This document shows positions 1 through 10,632 of a stretch of 32,481 bases of DNA, in pieces. The number at the start of each line of letters is the position of its first letter. The stretch's first letter is position 1. The position numbers were made by a program, and so were the translations under genes. The stretch is taken from positions 1 to 32,481 of the forward strand of contig JBEIOT010000001.1 of assembly GCA_040377415.1 (NCBI GenBank), in the 5' to 3' direction. Origin of the DNA: Azospirillum sp. (lineage in GTDB: Bacteria; Pseudomonadota; Alphaproteobacteria; Rickettsiales; UBA3002). The notes beneath the pieces were generated by a model. It was not told the DNA's origin and did not search any database. It was given only the letters and a program-made list of their open reading frames with translations.

Positions 1-342
1 CCCATACGGCAGCAAGCCGAAGACACTGGCCAGCAGCAGGAAGCTAGGTGGATATGAACATTGCTGGATGCGGGTATCTTCGCCGAACTGCGCCGATAAT
101 TTCTGATTATAGGTAATGATGTCGTAATTCTCGGTCACTTCATCGCGCCAACTGGCGCGACCCATCATCCAGCTATTCACGAAATCGACGCCGACGACGT
201 AATCGTCGTAATCGCGCAAGAACCCGCGATCTTCACGCACCTGCACGACATAGACCAAAAGGATCAACGCAGCGAAGATACCGCCGATGACAGAAAATAT
301 TCTACGGGTCTCTTGCAGGCGCGCGGGATTCGCCACGCGCAT
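1..342 (-). CDS. N-terminal fragment (114 codons, continues past the window edge) of a polytopic membrane protein resembling GT87/DUF2029-type GT-C glycosyltransferases
   Basis: Absent from the ORF track because it is open at the window edge. My translation from ATG 342..340 is MRVANPARLQETRRIFSVIGGIFAALILLVYVVQVREDRGFLRDYDDYVVGVDFVNSWMMGRASWRDEVTENYDIITYNQKLSAQFGEDTRIQQCSYPPSFLLLASVFGLLPYG. It has an N-terminal TM helix, then a DF..W...Y....YPP..LL...LP pattern typical of DUF2029/GT87. Third-position GC looks coding. The ATG abuts the ftsA stop (TAGATG). Confidence 0.55.
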   Translation of the reverse strand, partial: MRVANPARLQETRRIFSVIGGIFAALILLVYVVQVREDRGFLRDYDDYVVGVDFVNSWMMGRASWRDEVTENYDIITYNQKLSAQFGEDTRIQQCSYPPSFLLLASVFGLLPYG

Positions 343-1596
343 CTAGAAGTTCTCGCGGAACCAGCCGACGATGCGCTCGGGCAGCCAGCGGCGACGCGAC
401 ATATCGGCCATGAAGATATCGTTCTCCCACAGCGGTTGCTGCACATAACGCAGCATGCCGATAACACCCGCGAACGCGGGGCCGGAGACCGATTCAGCAA
501 GGCCGGGCACTGCCATCGGCTTGCCTTTGCGCACTTGTTTGGAAAGCATACGCGCGGCGAGATCACTCACGCCCAGCATTTGCGACGCACCCCCGGTGAG
601 CACGCAACGGCGGCCCGCCGTTTTGTCGACGCCAGCGGCTTCGAGTTTGCCACGGATGAGTTCAAATATCTCTTCCATGCGCGGGCGGATCACGCCGACC
701 AGCATTGCACGCGGCATCGTCGTCGGCTCATCATCATCTTCGCGTTCGCCCAGCTGCGGCACGTCGATCATCACTTCGGAATCCTTCACCGAGTTGATGG
801 CGCTGCCATGCAGCGTTTTCAGGCGTTCCGCGTGGTGCAGCGAAGTGCTTAGGCCTTGTGCGATATCGTTCGTCACATGGTTTCCACCGACCGGAATGCT
901 GTCGGAATAAATGTTGCGGCCATTGGCGAACACCGAGAAGCTGGTGACGCCGCCGCCCATGTCGATCACCGTGCAGCCAAGGTCCATCTCGTCTTTATCG
1001 AGCACGGCCATGGCGCTGGCGTGGCTCACCATCACATGTTCCGAGATATTGAGATGCGCACGCGCGATGCATTGGTTCAGGTTGCGCAGATATTGCTCTT
1101 TCGCAGTGATAATTTGCAGGTCGGCACCGAGTTTCTTGCCGATCATGCCGCGCGGGTCGCGCAGGTTGCGCGCGTTATCCAACGTGTAATGCATGGGGAA
1201 ATAATGCAGCACCTGCGCCTCGGGCGACTCCAGCGATGCGCAGCCTTCTTGGATGATGTCGGCGATATCCTGGTCGCTCACACCATCGGCCAGCACATCA
1301 AGCTCGACCGCCACGTTGCGCGATTTGAGGTTCGTGCCATTCACCGAAACGATAACATCTTCAATGGTCAAACCCGCCATTTGCTCAGCTGCGTGCACGG
1401 CAGCAGTGATGCTGGTGCACGCCTCACCGATCTCGTTGATGACGCCGGATTTGATGCCGCGTGCGAGCTGGTGCCCAACGCCGACGACGGTGAATTCGCC
1501 CTGTTCGTCAGGCGTGGCGATCATGCACACGATCTTGGTGGTGCCGATGTCTAAGGCAGCGATGGGGCCGTGGCGGGTAGGCGTTGCGTTACGCAT
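343..1596 (-). CDS. ftsA: Cell division protein FtsA
   Basis: 417 aa. Actin-like N-terminus IAALDIGTTKIVCMIA and a C-terminal amphipathic membrane-targeting tail GWFRENF. Sits at the canonical position after ftsQ; ATG 1596 lies 1 nt after the ftsQ stop. Confidence 0.95.
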   Translation of the reverse strand: MRNATPTRHGPIAALDIGTTKIVCMIATPDEQGEFTVVGVGHQLARGIKSGVINEIGEACTSITAAVHAAEQMAGLTIEDVIVSVNGTNLKSRNVAVELDVLADGVSDQDIADIIQEGCASLESPEAQVLHYFPMHYTLDNARNLRDPRGMIGKKLGADLQIITAKEQYLRNLNQCIARAHLNISEHVMVSHASAMAVLDKDEMDLGCTVIDMGGGVTSFSVFANGRNIYSDSIPVGGNHVTNDIAQGLSTSLHHAERLKTLHGSAINSVKDSEVMIDVPQLGEREDDDEPTTMPRAMLVGVIRPRMEEIFELIRGKLEAAGVDKTAGRRCVLTGGASQMLGVSDLAARMLSKQVRKGKPMAVPGLAESVSGPAFAGVIGMLRYVQQPLWENDIFMADMSRRRWLPERIVGWFRENF

Positions 1597-1597
1597 A

Positions 1598-2485
1598 TTA
1601 TGTGTCTCTAGCAGTCGTCAGAGTAATGGGATTCTTTTGTTGTTCGAGCGGCATGATGAACACGCGGTCTTCCATGCGCATATCGACGCTGCGGACCGCT
1701 TTCGTCAACAATCCTTCGCGATCTACCAACTGCGAAAAACGCACCCATGCTTCTTTGGGCTCGTTCTGCGGCAGCATCACGGTCACATCGTTGGCCAGCT
1801 GCACGTTCCAGCGGCGGCTGCCAATGCGCACGGCAGCAGCCACTTGCGGCTTCAGCGTGGGCGCGGCATTCATCAGCGCCACCAGTTCTTTTACATGCTC
1901 GGGCGCGTCCTCGCCCACGATCACGGGCAATTGCGCTTGCGGCTTATACGTATCGCTGGCCAGCACCACGCCATCGGCATCGACCAGCATATGCTTTCCG
2001 CCACGCTGCCAAATGGCCGCAGGCTGGCGCTCGATAAGCGCGATCGATAGCGAACCGGGTAATTGGCGACCAATGACCGCCGACTTCACCTCTGGAATTT
2101 CTTTTAAGCGCGCCTGCATTTCTTCAAGATCCAGCGAGAGGATGGGCGCGCCGGGCTGCACATTCAGCGCCGCCTTCACCACATTCACATCCGCATGTTC
2201 GCGGCCCGTGAGGTAGACTTGGTCGAGCTTGAAGCCCGCATCCGCCGTCATGCCCCAGAAGCTGTCGCTGGTCACATTCATCGCTTTGTCGATCTTGCCG
2301 GTATGGTTCAGCCACCAACCGCCGATGCCCACGTAAGCAACGACGGCGATACCCGCGACCATGATGCTACGGCGCTTGAACTGCTTGCGCCGCAATTTGT
2401 TCTTCTTCGCCGAGAACTCGGCGGCTTGCTGCACGCGGGTCGGCCCGCGTGAACTTACCCGAACTTTTGCGCGGCGTTTAGCCAT
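1598..2485 (-). CDS. ftsQ: Cell division protein FtsQ
   Basis: Basic N-terminus MAKRRAKVRV, a single TM (IMVAGIAVVAYVGIGGWWL) and a POTRA/FtsQ-type periplasmic part. I chose ATG 2485 (8-nt overlap with the ddl stop, ATGGCTAA) over the track's upstream start at 2542, which would add a Cys/Trp-rich extension. Confidence 0.9.
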   Translation of the reverse strand: MAKRRAKVRVSSRGPTRVQQAAEFSAKKNKLRRKQFKRRSIMVAGIAVVAYVGIGGWWLNHTGKIDKAMNVTSDSFWGMTADAGFKLDQVYLTGREHADVNVVKAALNVQPGAPILSLDLEEMQARLKEIPEVKSAVIGRQLPGSLSIALIERQPAAIWQRGGKHMLVDADGVVLASDTYKPQAQLPVIVGEDAPEHVKELVALMNAAPTLKPQVAAAVRIGSRRWNVQLANDVTVMLPQNEPKEAWVRFSQLVDREGLLTKAVRSVDMRMEDRVFIMPLEQQKNPITLTTARDT

Positions 2486-3377
2486 CCAGAGCCGCCCCAT
2501 CCAACAATTTTTGCACCAACACATCGAACGACATGCCGGCATAGGCGGCGAGTTCGGGCGTCAGCGACAGCGGCGTCATGCCGGGCTGGGTATTGGTCTC
2601 AAGGATATAGACTTTGCCATCACCGGTTTCATCCCAACGGAAATCCGAACGGCTAACGCTGCGGCAACCCAGTGCCTTGTCGGCGACTTCAGCCATGCGC
2701 ATCGCTTCGTTATAGATCGCCTCAGGGATCTGCGCGGGGCAGATATGGTGCGATTTGCCGGCGGTGTATTTGTTCTCGTAATCGTAGAAGCCACTCGGAA
2801 TAACAATTTCCGTTACGCCAAGCGCTTTGCCATCGAGCACGGCCACGGTGAGCTCACGGCCCGGAATATACTGCTCGATCATCACCGCAGCGCCGTAAGG
2901 CCAGTTCTCTTGCGTGAAGTGGAAATTGCCATCGGCGAACATCAGCTTTACGCCGACACTGCTGCCTTCGTTGTGCGGCTTCACCACGTAGGGGCGCTTC
3001 ATCACATCGCTGGCGATGACTTCTTCGCGCGTCGCCATTTTGCTGTCGGCGATGCGAAGGCCTGCTTGCGCATAAATTTGTTTCGCCATCGGCTTATCCA
3101 TTGCCAGTGCCGAAGCCAGTACGCCTGAATGGGTATAGGGAATTTTGAGAAGCTCAAGAATGCCCTGCATGCGGCCATCTTCACCGAAGGTGCCATGCAA
3201 CGCGTTGAACGCGACATCCGGCTTGGCTTTTTTCAGCTGCTCGACCACGTCGTGGCCGACATCGATCTCGGTCACTTCATGGCCAAGTGCACGGCATGCC
3301 TTAGCGACCGCGCCACCGCTGGTAAGGGAAACTTCACGTTCGGCGGAGAACCCGCCTTTGAGTACAGCAACATGCAT
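2478..3377 (-). CDS. ddl: D-alanine--D-alanine ligase
   Basis: MHVAVLKGGFSAEREVSLTSG..., EDGRMQGILELLKIPYTHSG, NEGSSVGV, ILETNTQPGMT. I prefer ATG 3377 (AGGA 9 nt upstream) to the TTG at 3386 used by the track. Confidence 0.93.
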   Translation of the reverse strand: MHVAVLKGGFSAEREVSLTSGGAVAKACRALGHEVTEIDVGHDVVEQLKKAKPDVAFNALHGTFGEDGRMQGILELLKIPYTHSGVLASALAMDKPMAKQIYAQAGLRIADSKMATREEVIASDVMKRPYVVKPHNEGSSVGVKLMFADGNFHFTQENWPYGAAVMIEQYIPGRELTVAVLDGKALGVTEIVIPSGFYDYENKYTAGKSHHICPAQIPEAIYNEAMRMAEVADKALGCRSVSRSDFRWDETGDGKVYILETNTQPGMTPLSLTPELAAYAGMSFDVLVQKLLDGAALDG

Positions 3378-3484
3378 CGCGCGCAATCCTAGTGTCGCGG
3401 GTGAATCGAAATGCTGCCGATACGGGGTTTTTTTGTATTTGTTAGCCTAAGGCTAGCGCAAGGCTTGCGGCGTTGCAATATCCA

Positions 3485-4372
3485 TCAGGCGGCGCGGCGC
3501 CCAATGCGCTTGATTTCCCAGTCGAGTTGCACGCCAGACGTGGCTTTCACCCGAGTGCGCACTTCTTCGCCCAGCGCCTCAAGGTCGGCAGCGGTCGCCG
3601 CACCGGCATTGATCATGAAATTAGCATGCAGTTCGCTCATCTGCGCATCGCCGACCTGCAAGCCCCGGCACCCTGCCCCATCGACCAGCTGCCATGCTTT
3701 CTGGCCTTCGGGATTTTTGAAGGTGCTGCCGCCGGTCTTTTCGCGAATAGGCTGCGTAGTCTCGCGGGATTTCTGGATCTGCGCAATGCGCGCATGAATG
3801 GCTTCCGGCGCATCATCGCTCGTAGCGAACCATGCGCGGGTGAAGATGAGCCCTTCGGGGCCACCGTAATGGCGGTAGGTATATTTCATGTCGGCCAGCG
3901 ACAGGCTAATGATCTCGCCCTGCGGCGTCACCGCTTCGGCGCGCAGCAGGCAATCGTTCGTCTCGCGCCCATAAGCGCCTGCGTTCATCGCCAGCGCGCC
4001 ACCGATAGTTCCCGGAATGCCAGAGAAGAATTCCAGCCCAGCTTTTCCATGGTCGGCAGAGAATCGCGCCAAATGCACATCGAGCAATGCCGCACCGGCT
4101 TCAATTTCATTACCTTGGATTTCGGCCTGCGTGAAACCACGGCCCAGCTTGATGACCACGCCTTCAATGCCACCATCGCGGATGATGAGGTTGCTGCCCA
4201 CACCCAATATCGTGACCGGCAAGGTATTGGCTTTCAGGAAATCAGCGAGGTCTTGCGCGTCGGCAGGCTTGAACAACACATCGGCAGCGCCGCCCACCTG
4301 GAACCACGTGGTCTTGGCCAGCGGCGCGTCGAAGCGGTATTGCCCGCGCACCTGCGGCAGATCGTTACGCAC
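3485..4372 (-). CDS. murB: UDP-N-acetylenolpyruvoylglucosamine reductase MurB
   Basis: [39 protein letters not shown]. The proposed start is GTG 4372, overlapping the murC stop (GTGCGTAA). The track's ATG 4453 would overlap murC by 89 nt and add an Arg-rich extension. The start is uncertain. Confidence 0.88.
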   Translation of the reverse strand: MRNDLPQVRGQYRFDAPLAKTTWFQVGGAADVLFKPADAQDLADFLKANTLPVTILGVGSNLIIRDGGIEGVVIKLGRGFTQAEIQGNEIEAGAALLDVHLARFSADHGKAGLEFFSGIPGTIGGALAMNAGAYGRETNDCLLRAEAVTPQGEIISLSLADMKYTYRHYGGPEGLIFTRAWFATSDDAPEAIHARIAQIQKSRETTQPIREKTGGSTFKNPEGQKAWQLVDGAGCRGLQVGDAQMSELHANFMINAGAATAADLEALGEEVRTRVKATSGVQLDWEIKRIGRRAA

Positions 4373-5828
4373 GTTCCTTGGTCTTCTTCGCAAGCAATGG
4401 TTCAAGCTGCGCCGGCAATGCCGCCGCCCATTTGCTGATGGAACCAGCACCAAGGCAGATCACGAAATCGCCCGGCTGCACGATGTCGGCAAGCTGGCTT
4501 GCCAGTTCAGCTTCGCTAGCCAACGGGCGTACATCCTTGTGGCCATGGCGGCGCATGCCTTCCACGAGGTGATCGCGGTCGGCACCTTCGATGGGGTCTT
4601 CACCGGCGGTGTATACATCGGTCACCAGCACCGTGTCGGCATCGGTCGCGCAGGTGCAGAAATCATTGAACAAGGTCGACAGGCGCGTGTAGCGGTGCGG
4701 CTGGATAACGGCGACAACACGGCCACCGGTCACACTCACCGCCTGACGCGCGCTGCTCAGCGTCGCCTGAATTTCTACCGGGTGGTGCCCATAATCGTCG
4801 ATGATGGTGACGCCGTGCGTTTCACCCGTCTTAGTGAAGCGGCGCTTCACCCCACCGAATTCTCGCAGGCCCTTGAGAATGACTGCATCCGGAATGCCCA
4901 CTTCGCGCGCCACGGTAATGGCGGCCAGTGCATTGCGCACGTTATGCATGCCATACATCGGCAGCATCACATCTTTAAGCACCACGCCGTCATTCGTCTC
5001 CACATCGAATTGCTGCGCCCCCGCCACCTGGCGGATATTCACGGCGCGCATATCGGCCTGTGGACTGGTGCCGTAGCTGATGATGCGGCGATCGATGATC
5101 TTCGCCATCAACGCCTGCACTTCGGGATGGTCGATGCACAGTACGCCGAAGCCGTAGAACGGTAACTGCTCGAGGAATTGTTTGAACGCTGCTTTTAGCG
5201 TATCGAAATCGCCGTAATGGTCCAAATGCTCGGGATCGATATTGGTAACGATGGCCACGGTGCTCGGGATGCGAATGAATGTGCCGTCGCTCTCGTCGGC
5301 CTCCACCACCATCCACTCGCCATCGCCTTTCATGGCGTTGGTGCCATAAGCATTGATGATGCCGCCATTGATCACGGTCGGCCGCATATCGGCCGCCATG
5401 AACAGCGACGCGATGAGCGACGTGGTCGTGGTCTTGCCATGCGTGCCTGCGATGCTCACGGTCGATTTCAACCGCATCAGCTCGGCCAGCATCTCGGCGC
5501 GACGCACCACGGGGATACGCGTATTGCGCGCTTCTACCACTTCGGGGTTATTGGGCTTCACGGCGCTGGAAATAACCACCGCCGAAGCACCTGCGATATT
5601 CTCGGGCACATGCGGCCCAATTTTTACATCGATGCCGGCTTTACGCAGACGATCGACTACGTAGCTCTCGGCGATATCGGAGCCCTGCACCTTGTAGCCA
5701 AGGTTATGCAGCACTTCGGCGATGCCGCTCATGCCAATGCCGCCGATGCCGACGAGATGCAGCGTGCCCACTTCCAGCGACATGCGATTCGCGCCGCCCA
5801 GGGGGAAGGATTTGATCTTGTTGTTCAT
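4365..5828 (-). CDS. murC: UDP-N-acetylmuramate--L-alanine ligase MurC
   Basis: [37 protein letters not shown]. Start ATG 5828 forms an ATGA overlap with the murG stop. The upstream in-frame extension in the track is rejected. Confidence 0.94.
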   Translation of the reverse strand: MNNKIKSFPLGGANRMSLEVGTLHLVGIGGIGMSGIAEVLHNLGYKVQGSDIAESYVVDRLRKAGIDVKIGPHVPENIAGASAVVISSAVKPNNPEVVEARNTRIPVVRRAEMLAELMRLKSTVSIAGTHGKTTTTSLIASLFMAADMRPTVINGGIINAYGTNAMKGDGEWMVVEADESDGTFIRIPSTVAIVTNIDPEHLDHYGDFDTLKAAFKQFLEQLPFYGFGVLCIDHPEVQALMAKIIDRRIISYGTSPQADMRAVNIRQVAGAQQFDVETNDGVVLKDVMLPMYGMHNVRNALAAITVAREVGIPDAVILKGLREFGGVKRRFTKTGETHGVTIIDDYGHHPVEIQATLSSARQAVSVTGGRVVAVIQPHRYTRLSTLFNDFCTCATDADTVLVTDVYTAGEDPIEGADRDHLVEGMRRHGHKDVRPLASEAELASQLADIVQPGDFVICLGAGSISKWAAALPAQLEPLLAKKTKERA

Positions 5829-6988
5829 GCGGCTTTCTCCATCGGCGTGCTGGTGCCGTTGCCATTTGTTTTGGGCGTCATGCCCGCTGCAGCTAAGACA
5901 CAATCGGCCAGCGCTGCGGATGCATCCGGGCGGCCGATACCATGCATGGCGGCCGCACATTCGCTGAGGCGCTGAGGCGCATGCATCAGCGTTTCGATTT
6001 TACTGGCCAGTGCTTGCGGCGAGAATGCGTCCTGCGCGATGACCCAGCCACCGCCCACATCTTCGATCGCCTGCGCGTTGTAGTATTGATGGTTGTCCGT
6101 CGCCTGTGGCAGCGGCACCAGAATAGCGGGGCGACCGGCAGCGGTCAGCTCGGCCACGGTGCTGGCACCCGCACGCGCGATAACAAGGTGCGAGCTGGCA
6201 AGACGCGCCGCCATATCAACAAAGAACGGTGCCAGATCGACCTGCATACCAAGCTCGGCATACGCTTTGCGCACTTCTTCGATCTCGCCCGCACGGCATT
6301 GCTGGTCCAAACGAATGCGCGCGCGAATGTTCGCGGGCAGCAACTTCATCGCTTCGGGCAACACACGGCTGAACACGCTGGCGCCTTGCGAGCCGCCGAT
6401 GACCAGCAGACGCAGCATATTGTCGCCCGTGAGCTGCGGGTATTCCACTTTCGCCAACGCACGAATAGCACCGCGAACGGGATTGCCCGTCATCAACGGC
6501 GTGACGCCACCAAGACCGCGCGTATCGGTATAGGTCGTCGCCAGCTTTTTCACCTTGCGTGCGAACAAGCGATTCACGCGGCCCAGTACCGAATTCTGTT
6601 CATGGATCACCGTGACGCGATTGGAGAATACCGCCGCCGCAATGGTGGGGAATGACGGATAGCCACCAAAGCCGACAACGGCGAGCGGCTTGAGTTCTTT
6701 TAACACCGCGCGCGCTTGCAGCGTGCCGCGCGCCAAGCCGAAGGCATTCTTGATGCGGCTGGTGAAGCCACCGCCGAGCGAACCGGCAGTGATGGTATGA
6801 ATGGGAATGCGCCCCAGCACACCATCGGCCGAGTTCTTGTTGTACTGGTGGAAGCGGTGGTCGGTGATGAGGTGCGGCGTGTACCCGCGCAGCAGCATTT
6901 CCTCAGCCAAAGCTTCGGCCGGGAAAATATGCCCGCCCGTGCCGCCGGCAGCGAGCACGATCACGCGTGATGGATTGGTCTGGTTCAT
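5825..6988 (-). CDS. murG: UDP-GlcNAc:lipid I N-acetylglucosaminyltransferase MurG
   Basis: [31 protein letters not shown]; GT28 architecture. I chose ATG 6988 over the TTG at 7024. Confidence 0.93.
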   Translation of the reverse strand: MNQTNPSRVIVLAAGGTGGHIFPAEALAEEMLLRGYTPHLITDHRFHQYNKNSADGVLGRIPIHTITAGSLGGGFTSRIKNAFGLARGTLQARAVLKELKPLAVVGFGGYPSFPTIAAAVFSNRVTVIHEQNSVLGRVNRLFARKVKKLATTYTDTRGLGGVTPLMTGNPVRGAIRALAKVEYPQLTGDNMLRLLVIGGSQGASVFSRVLPEAMKLLPANIRARIRLDQQCRAGEIEEVRKAYAELGMQVDLAPFFVDMAARLASSHLVIARAGASTVAELTAAGRPAILVPLPQATDNHQYYNAQAIEDVGGGWVIAQDAFSPQALASKIETLMHAPQRLSECAAAMHGIGRPDASAALADCVLAAAGMTPKTNGNGTSTPMEKAA

Positions 6989-7037
6989 GGCCGCGCATCC
7001 TGCCACGAATAAGGCTGCATGCAAGGGATATTCAGGG

Positions 7038-8213
7038 TTATTTCACAGTTGCGCGGACGCGAACTTTTTTACCTTTTACCCCGGTTTCGGTCTTTTTGCC
7101 GTACTTCTTCTTGGTCAGCGCCAGCATCATGCCCATGCCGCCCCCCATCGCCAGCAGCGAGCTGCCACCATAGGAAAGGAACGGTAAGGTCATGCCTTTG
7201 GCCGGAAGCAAGTTCACCGCCACGCCCATATTCACGATGGCCTGCACCCCGAACTGGGTGAGCAGCCCGCCCACCGCAATGGTCGCGAACATGTCATTGT
7301 CGTTATCGCGACCAAGGCGCAGGAACCCGCGCACCACGATGTAGGCGAACAGCAGCACGATGAGCATGCACGCGATCATGCCGAACTCCTCGCCCGCTAC
7401 GCTGAAGATGAAATCCGTATGCGCATCAGGAATGAATTGTTTAACCACACCCTCGCCCGGGCCGCGGCCCAGCCAACCGCCTTGCTTGAAGGCTGCGAGT
7501 GATTTTTCGACCTGGTAATTGTCGCCACTCGCGGGATCGAGAAAGTTGTTAATGCGCTCCGCCACGTGCGGCAAAATGCTATATGCCGCCCAGATGCCGA
7601 TGACCGCCACGATCGCCATGCCGATGACCCACAGGAACGACAGCCCCGCGAGGAAGAACTGCACGCCGAACATCGCCGTCACGGTCATGGTCATACCAAA
7701 ATCCGGCTGGATGATGAGCAGCATTGCGATCACCACATAAAGACCAAGCGCAAGGCGGTAGCTCGGGAAATGGCTGGCCTCGAACCGGGCAGCGAACACC
7801 CACCCCAACACCACCGCAAAGCACGGCTTCATGAATTCGGAGGGCTGGAAGCCAACGCCGAGGAATCGCATCCAGCGAATGGAGCCTTTGTTTTCGACCC
7901 CGATAAAGGGCAATAGGAACAGCAACACCAGCATCACCGCGAAACCGATGACGGCTAGGCGTCGCACCTGTTGGTTGTCGAGCATGGAGAAGGCGATCAT
8001 CACCAGCACGCTCATCGCGAGATAAATTTGGTGCCACTTCACGAAGTAGAAGTCGCCATAGCCCAGACGGCGCGCTACGGGGGGCGAGCCTGCGGCGACA
8101 AGGAAGATGCCCACCGAAATAAGCGCCATCATAGCGAAGAACGCCGGGCGGTCGACCGTCATCCACCAACGGCCAATGGCCGAACTGTTGCGGCGATCCA
8201 TCGATATCTTCAT
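7038..8213 (-). CDS. ftsW: SEDS-family peptidoglycan glycosyltransferase FtsW
   Basis: Polytopic membrane protein with QPSEFMKP, PDAHTDFIFSV and LPFLSYGGSSLLA motifs. ATGA overlap with the murD stop. Lys-rich C-terminal tail. Confidence 0.93.
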   Translation of the reverse strand: MKISMDRRNSSAIGRWWMTVDRPAFFAMMALISVGIFLVAAGSPPVARRLGYGDFYFVKWHQIYLAMSVLVMIAFSMLDNQQVRRLAVIGFAVMLVLLFLLPFIGVENKGSIRWMRFLGVGFQPSEFMKPCFAVVLGWVFAARFEASHFPSYRLALGLYVVIAMLLIIQPDFGMTMTVTAMFGVQFFLAGLSFLWVIGMAIVAVIGIWAAYSILPHVAERINNFLDPASGDNYQVEKSLAAFKQGGWLGRGPGEGVVKQFIPDAHTDFIFSVAGEEFGMIACMLIVLLFAYIVVRGFLRLGRDNDNDMFATIAVGGLLTQFGVQAIVNMGVAVNLLPAKGMTLPFLSYGGSSLLAMGGGMGMMLALTKKKYGKKTETGVKGKKVRVRATVK

Positions 8214-9544
8214 GCTGTCTTCACTTTCTCGAACAACGCAATGAACGCATCGCCGCGCACTTCAAAATTCAAGTATTGGTCGAAACTGGCGCAGGCTGGA
8301 GCCAGTACGATGGCCTCACCTTTTTTTGCTGCTTTGGTGGCAGCAGCGAATGCTTGCTCCAGTGTGCCGCTCATGCTGGTCGGCGTACCCTTCAGCGTGG
8401 CTACAAAATCCGCTGCTGCTTCACCAATGAGATAGGCATGCTTAATTTTTGGGAAATAGGCTTTCAGCGACTCGATGCCACCCTCTTTCGCCACACCACC
8501 GGCGATCCAATGAATGTTATCGTATGTTTTAAGCGCCTTCTCCGCCGCATCGGCATTGGTCGCTTTGCTATCGTTCACGAACTGCACGCCGCCAATTTCA
8601 CCCAGCCACTGCATGCGGTGCTTTAGGCCCGGGTAGCTCTGCATCGCGCCGATGATCTGCTCGTGGCTAAGCCCATGGGCAAAGCACGCTGCATAGGCTG
8701 CCGCTGCGTTCTGCCAGTTATGCTGCCCTTGCAGCGCCTTGATGCTGCGCAGGTCGCCGCCCTCTTCCTTCAGTGCAAAACTGTTGGTGAGGATACCGCC
8801 GGTGACATGCACACCCGAAGCCAGCTTACCGCTGGTACCCACGGGAATCACGCATTGGCGTTTCAGCGCGCGCATCTCCTTCGCTAATGCATCGCTCAAC
8901 GCATCGTCGACACCGATGATCGCCACATCCTTCTTCGTCTGCCGGTCGAAGATATGCTTCTTCGCGGCGATGTAACGCTCCATGCTGCCATGATGATCGA
9001 TATGGTCCGGCGACAGGTTCAGCAACACCGCCACTTGGAAGCGCGTCGTGTAAACTAGGTCCAGCTGATAGCTCGACAGCTCCAGGACATACGTGCCATC
9101 CGCGCCCATATCAGGCAGATCCATGACTGGGGTGCCAAGGTTGCCGCCCACGGCATGCTTCACGCCATTTTTTTGCAGAATATGTGCAATAAGCGTTGTC
9201 GTCGTTGACTTACCATTCGTGCCGGTAATGGCGATGTATTTCGCCTGCGGCTGCGCCAGATACAAAAGCTCGATGTCACCAATAAGCGGTACTTCATGCT
9301 CCTTTGCTTTGGCAGCAATCGGATGCATGTCCGGATGATACCAGGCGATACCCGGGCTCATCACTACCCCATCGAGCGCATCCCAGTCCCATTGGTCGGG
9401 GTTTGTCTCATCCGGCCCGGCGTTCTTGTCGTCCCACGTTACGACCGTCGCACCGGAATCATGCAAGGCGCTCGCCGTGGCACGGCCCGTCTTGCCCATG
9501 CCAACGACCGCGTAGTGCTTGCCGTGTGCGAAGCCTAACTTCAT
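8210..9544 (-). CDS. murD: UDP-N-acetylmuramoylalanine--D-glutamate ligase MurD
   Basis: YAVVGMGKTGRATA, ITGTNGKSTTTTLI, NDSKATN. TAATG junction with the mraY stop. Confidence 0.94.
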   Translation of the reverse strand: MKLGFAHGKHYAVVGMGKTGRATASALHDSGATVVTWDDKNAGPDETNPDQWDWDALDGVVMSPGIAWYHPDMHPIAAKAKEHEVPLIGDIELLYLAQPQAKYIAITGTNGKSTTTTLIAHILQKNGVKHAVGGNLGTPVMDLPDMGADGTYVLELSSYQLDLVYTTRFQVAVLLNLSPDHIDHHGSMERYIAAKKHIFDRQTKKDVAIIGVDDALSDALAKEMRALKRQCVIPVGTSGKLASGVHVTGGILTNSFALKEEGGDLRSIKALQGQHNWQNAAAAYAACFAHGLSHEQIIGAMQSYPGLKHRMQWLGEIGGVQFVNDSKATNADAAEKALKTYDNIHWIAGGVAKEGGIESLKAYFPKIKHAYLIGEAAADFVATLKGTPTSMSGTLEQAFAAATKAAKKGEAIVLAPACASFDQYLNFEVRGDAFIALFEKVKTA

Positions 9545-10632
9545 TAGCGCAGCTTGAGCGTGCTAAGGCCGATCAGCGCGAGGATGACCGCAACGATCCA
9601 GAACCGCACCACGATGGTCGATTCCTTCCAGCCCAGCTTCTCGAAATGGTGATGCACCGGCGCCATGCGGAATACGCGTTTGCCGGTGAGCTTGAAGCTG
9701 GCGACCTGCAAGATCACGCTCACCGCTTCCATCACGAACAACCCACCGATGATGGCGAGCACGATCTCGTGCTTGGTCATCACCGCCACGGCGCCGAGCG
9801 ACCCACCGAACGCCAGTGAACCCGTGTCGCCCATGAACACCATGGCCGGCGGCGCGTTGTACCAGAGGAACCCAAGCCCAGCACCGATCATCGCGGCGCA
9901 GAAAATAGCCAGCTCGCCCGTGCCCGGCACGAAATGGATCTGCAGGTAGTTGGCGAACACCAGGTTACCCGCAAGGTACGCGATAAGCGCAAAACACGCC
10001 GAGGCGATCATGATGGGCACGATGGCGAGGCCATCCAAACCATCGGTGAGGTTCACCGCGTTGCTTGCACCCACCAGCACCAGCATGACGAACGGGATGT
10101 AGAGCATGCCCATGTTCACCAGCAGGTTCTTGAAGAACGGCAGCGACAGGTGGTGGTTCAGCCCATCCGGCGTGACACGCGCGATCCAATACGCCGCGAT
10201 GAACGCGATGATGAATTGCGCGACGAGCTTCTTTTTGCCCGAGAGGCCCTTGTGGTTCTTCTTCGACACTTTCAGGTAATCATCCATGAAGCCGATGAGG
10301 CCGTAGCCCAGCGTCACGAACAGCGCGACCCAGACATATTGGTTGGTAATGTCGCACCACAGCACCGTCGATACTGTGACCGACAGCAACATCATCAGCC
10401 CACCCATCGTTGGCGTGCCTTTCTTCGTCAACAGGTGCGATTCCGGTCCGTCATCGCGAATGGGCTGGCCACCATTTTGCACCTTGCGCAGCCAGCGGAT
10501 AAGACCCGGTGCCACGATAAAGCAAATGATGAGCGCGGTGAAGATCGCACAACCCGAACGGAAAGTGATGTACTTGAACAGGTTGAATAATGGGAATTGG
10601 TCCGCCAGCGGATAAAGCAGGTTATACAGCAT
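9544..10632 (-). CDS. mraY: Phospho-N-acetylmuramoyl-pentapeptide transferase MraY
   Basis: [61 protein letters not shown] 10632 overlaps the murF 3' end by 11 nt. Confidence 0.94.
   Translation of the reverse strand: MLYNLLYPLADQFPLFNLFKYITFRSGCAIFTALIICFIVAPGLIRWLRKVQNGGQPIRDDGPESHLLTKKGTPTMGGLMMLLSVTVSTVLWCDITNQYVWVALFVTLGYGLIGFMDDYLKVSKKNHKGLSGKKKLVAQFIIAFIAAYWIARVTPDGLNHHLSLPFFKNLLVNMGMLYIPFVMLVLVGASNAVNLTDGLDGLAIVPIMIASACFALIAYLAGNLVFANYLQIHFVPGTGELAIFCAAMIGAGLGFLWYNAPPAMVFMGDTGSLAFGGSLGAVAVMTKHEIVLAIIGGLFVMEAVSVILQVASFKLTGKRVFRMAPVHHHFEKLGWKESTIVVRFWIVAVILALIGLSTLKLR

Noticed and set aside
4017-5165. A long (382-aa) plus-strand ORF antisense to murB/murC. Similar long shadow ORFs lie at 313..852, 856..1554, 1253..2050, 2361..3128, 3473..4438, 5217..5975, 5942..6655, 14012..14842 and 15310..15675, among others.
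   Set aside because: These are antisense frames of well-supported, motif-bearing dcw genes. Their translations are R/A/G/H/V-rich with no motifs. This is the usual stop-codon-poor shadow frame of GC-rich DNA.
5829-5960. N-terminal extensions offered by the ORF track for murC (to 5960). Comparable extensions are offered for ftsQ (2542), murG (7024), mraY (10680), ftsL (15714), rsmH (16742), purC (25511), the EamA-like gene (22135) and the DjlA-like gene (23280).
   Set aside because: The extensions overlap the upstream gene substantially, encode Cys/Arg/Trp-rich non-homologous peptides and often use TTG. Internal ATGs give canonical N-termini and the classic ATGA or TAATG coupling junctions.
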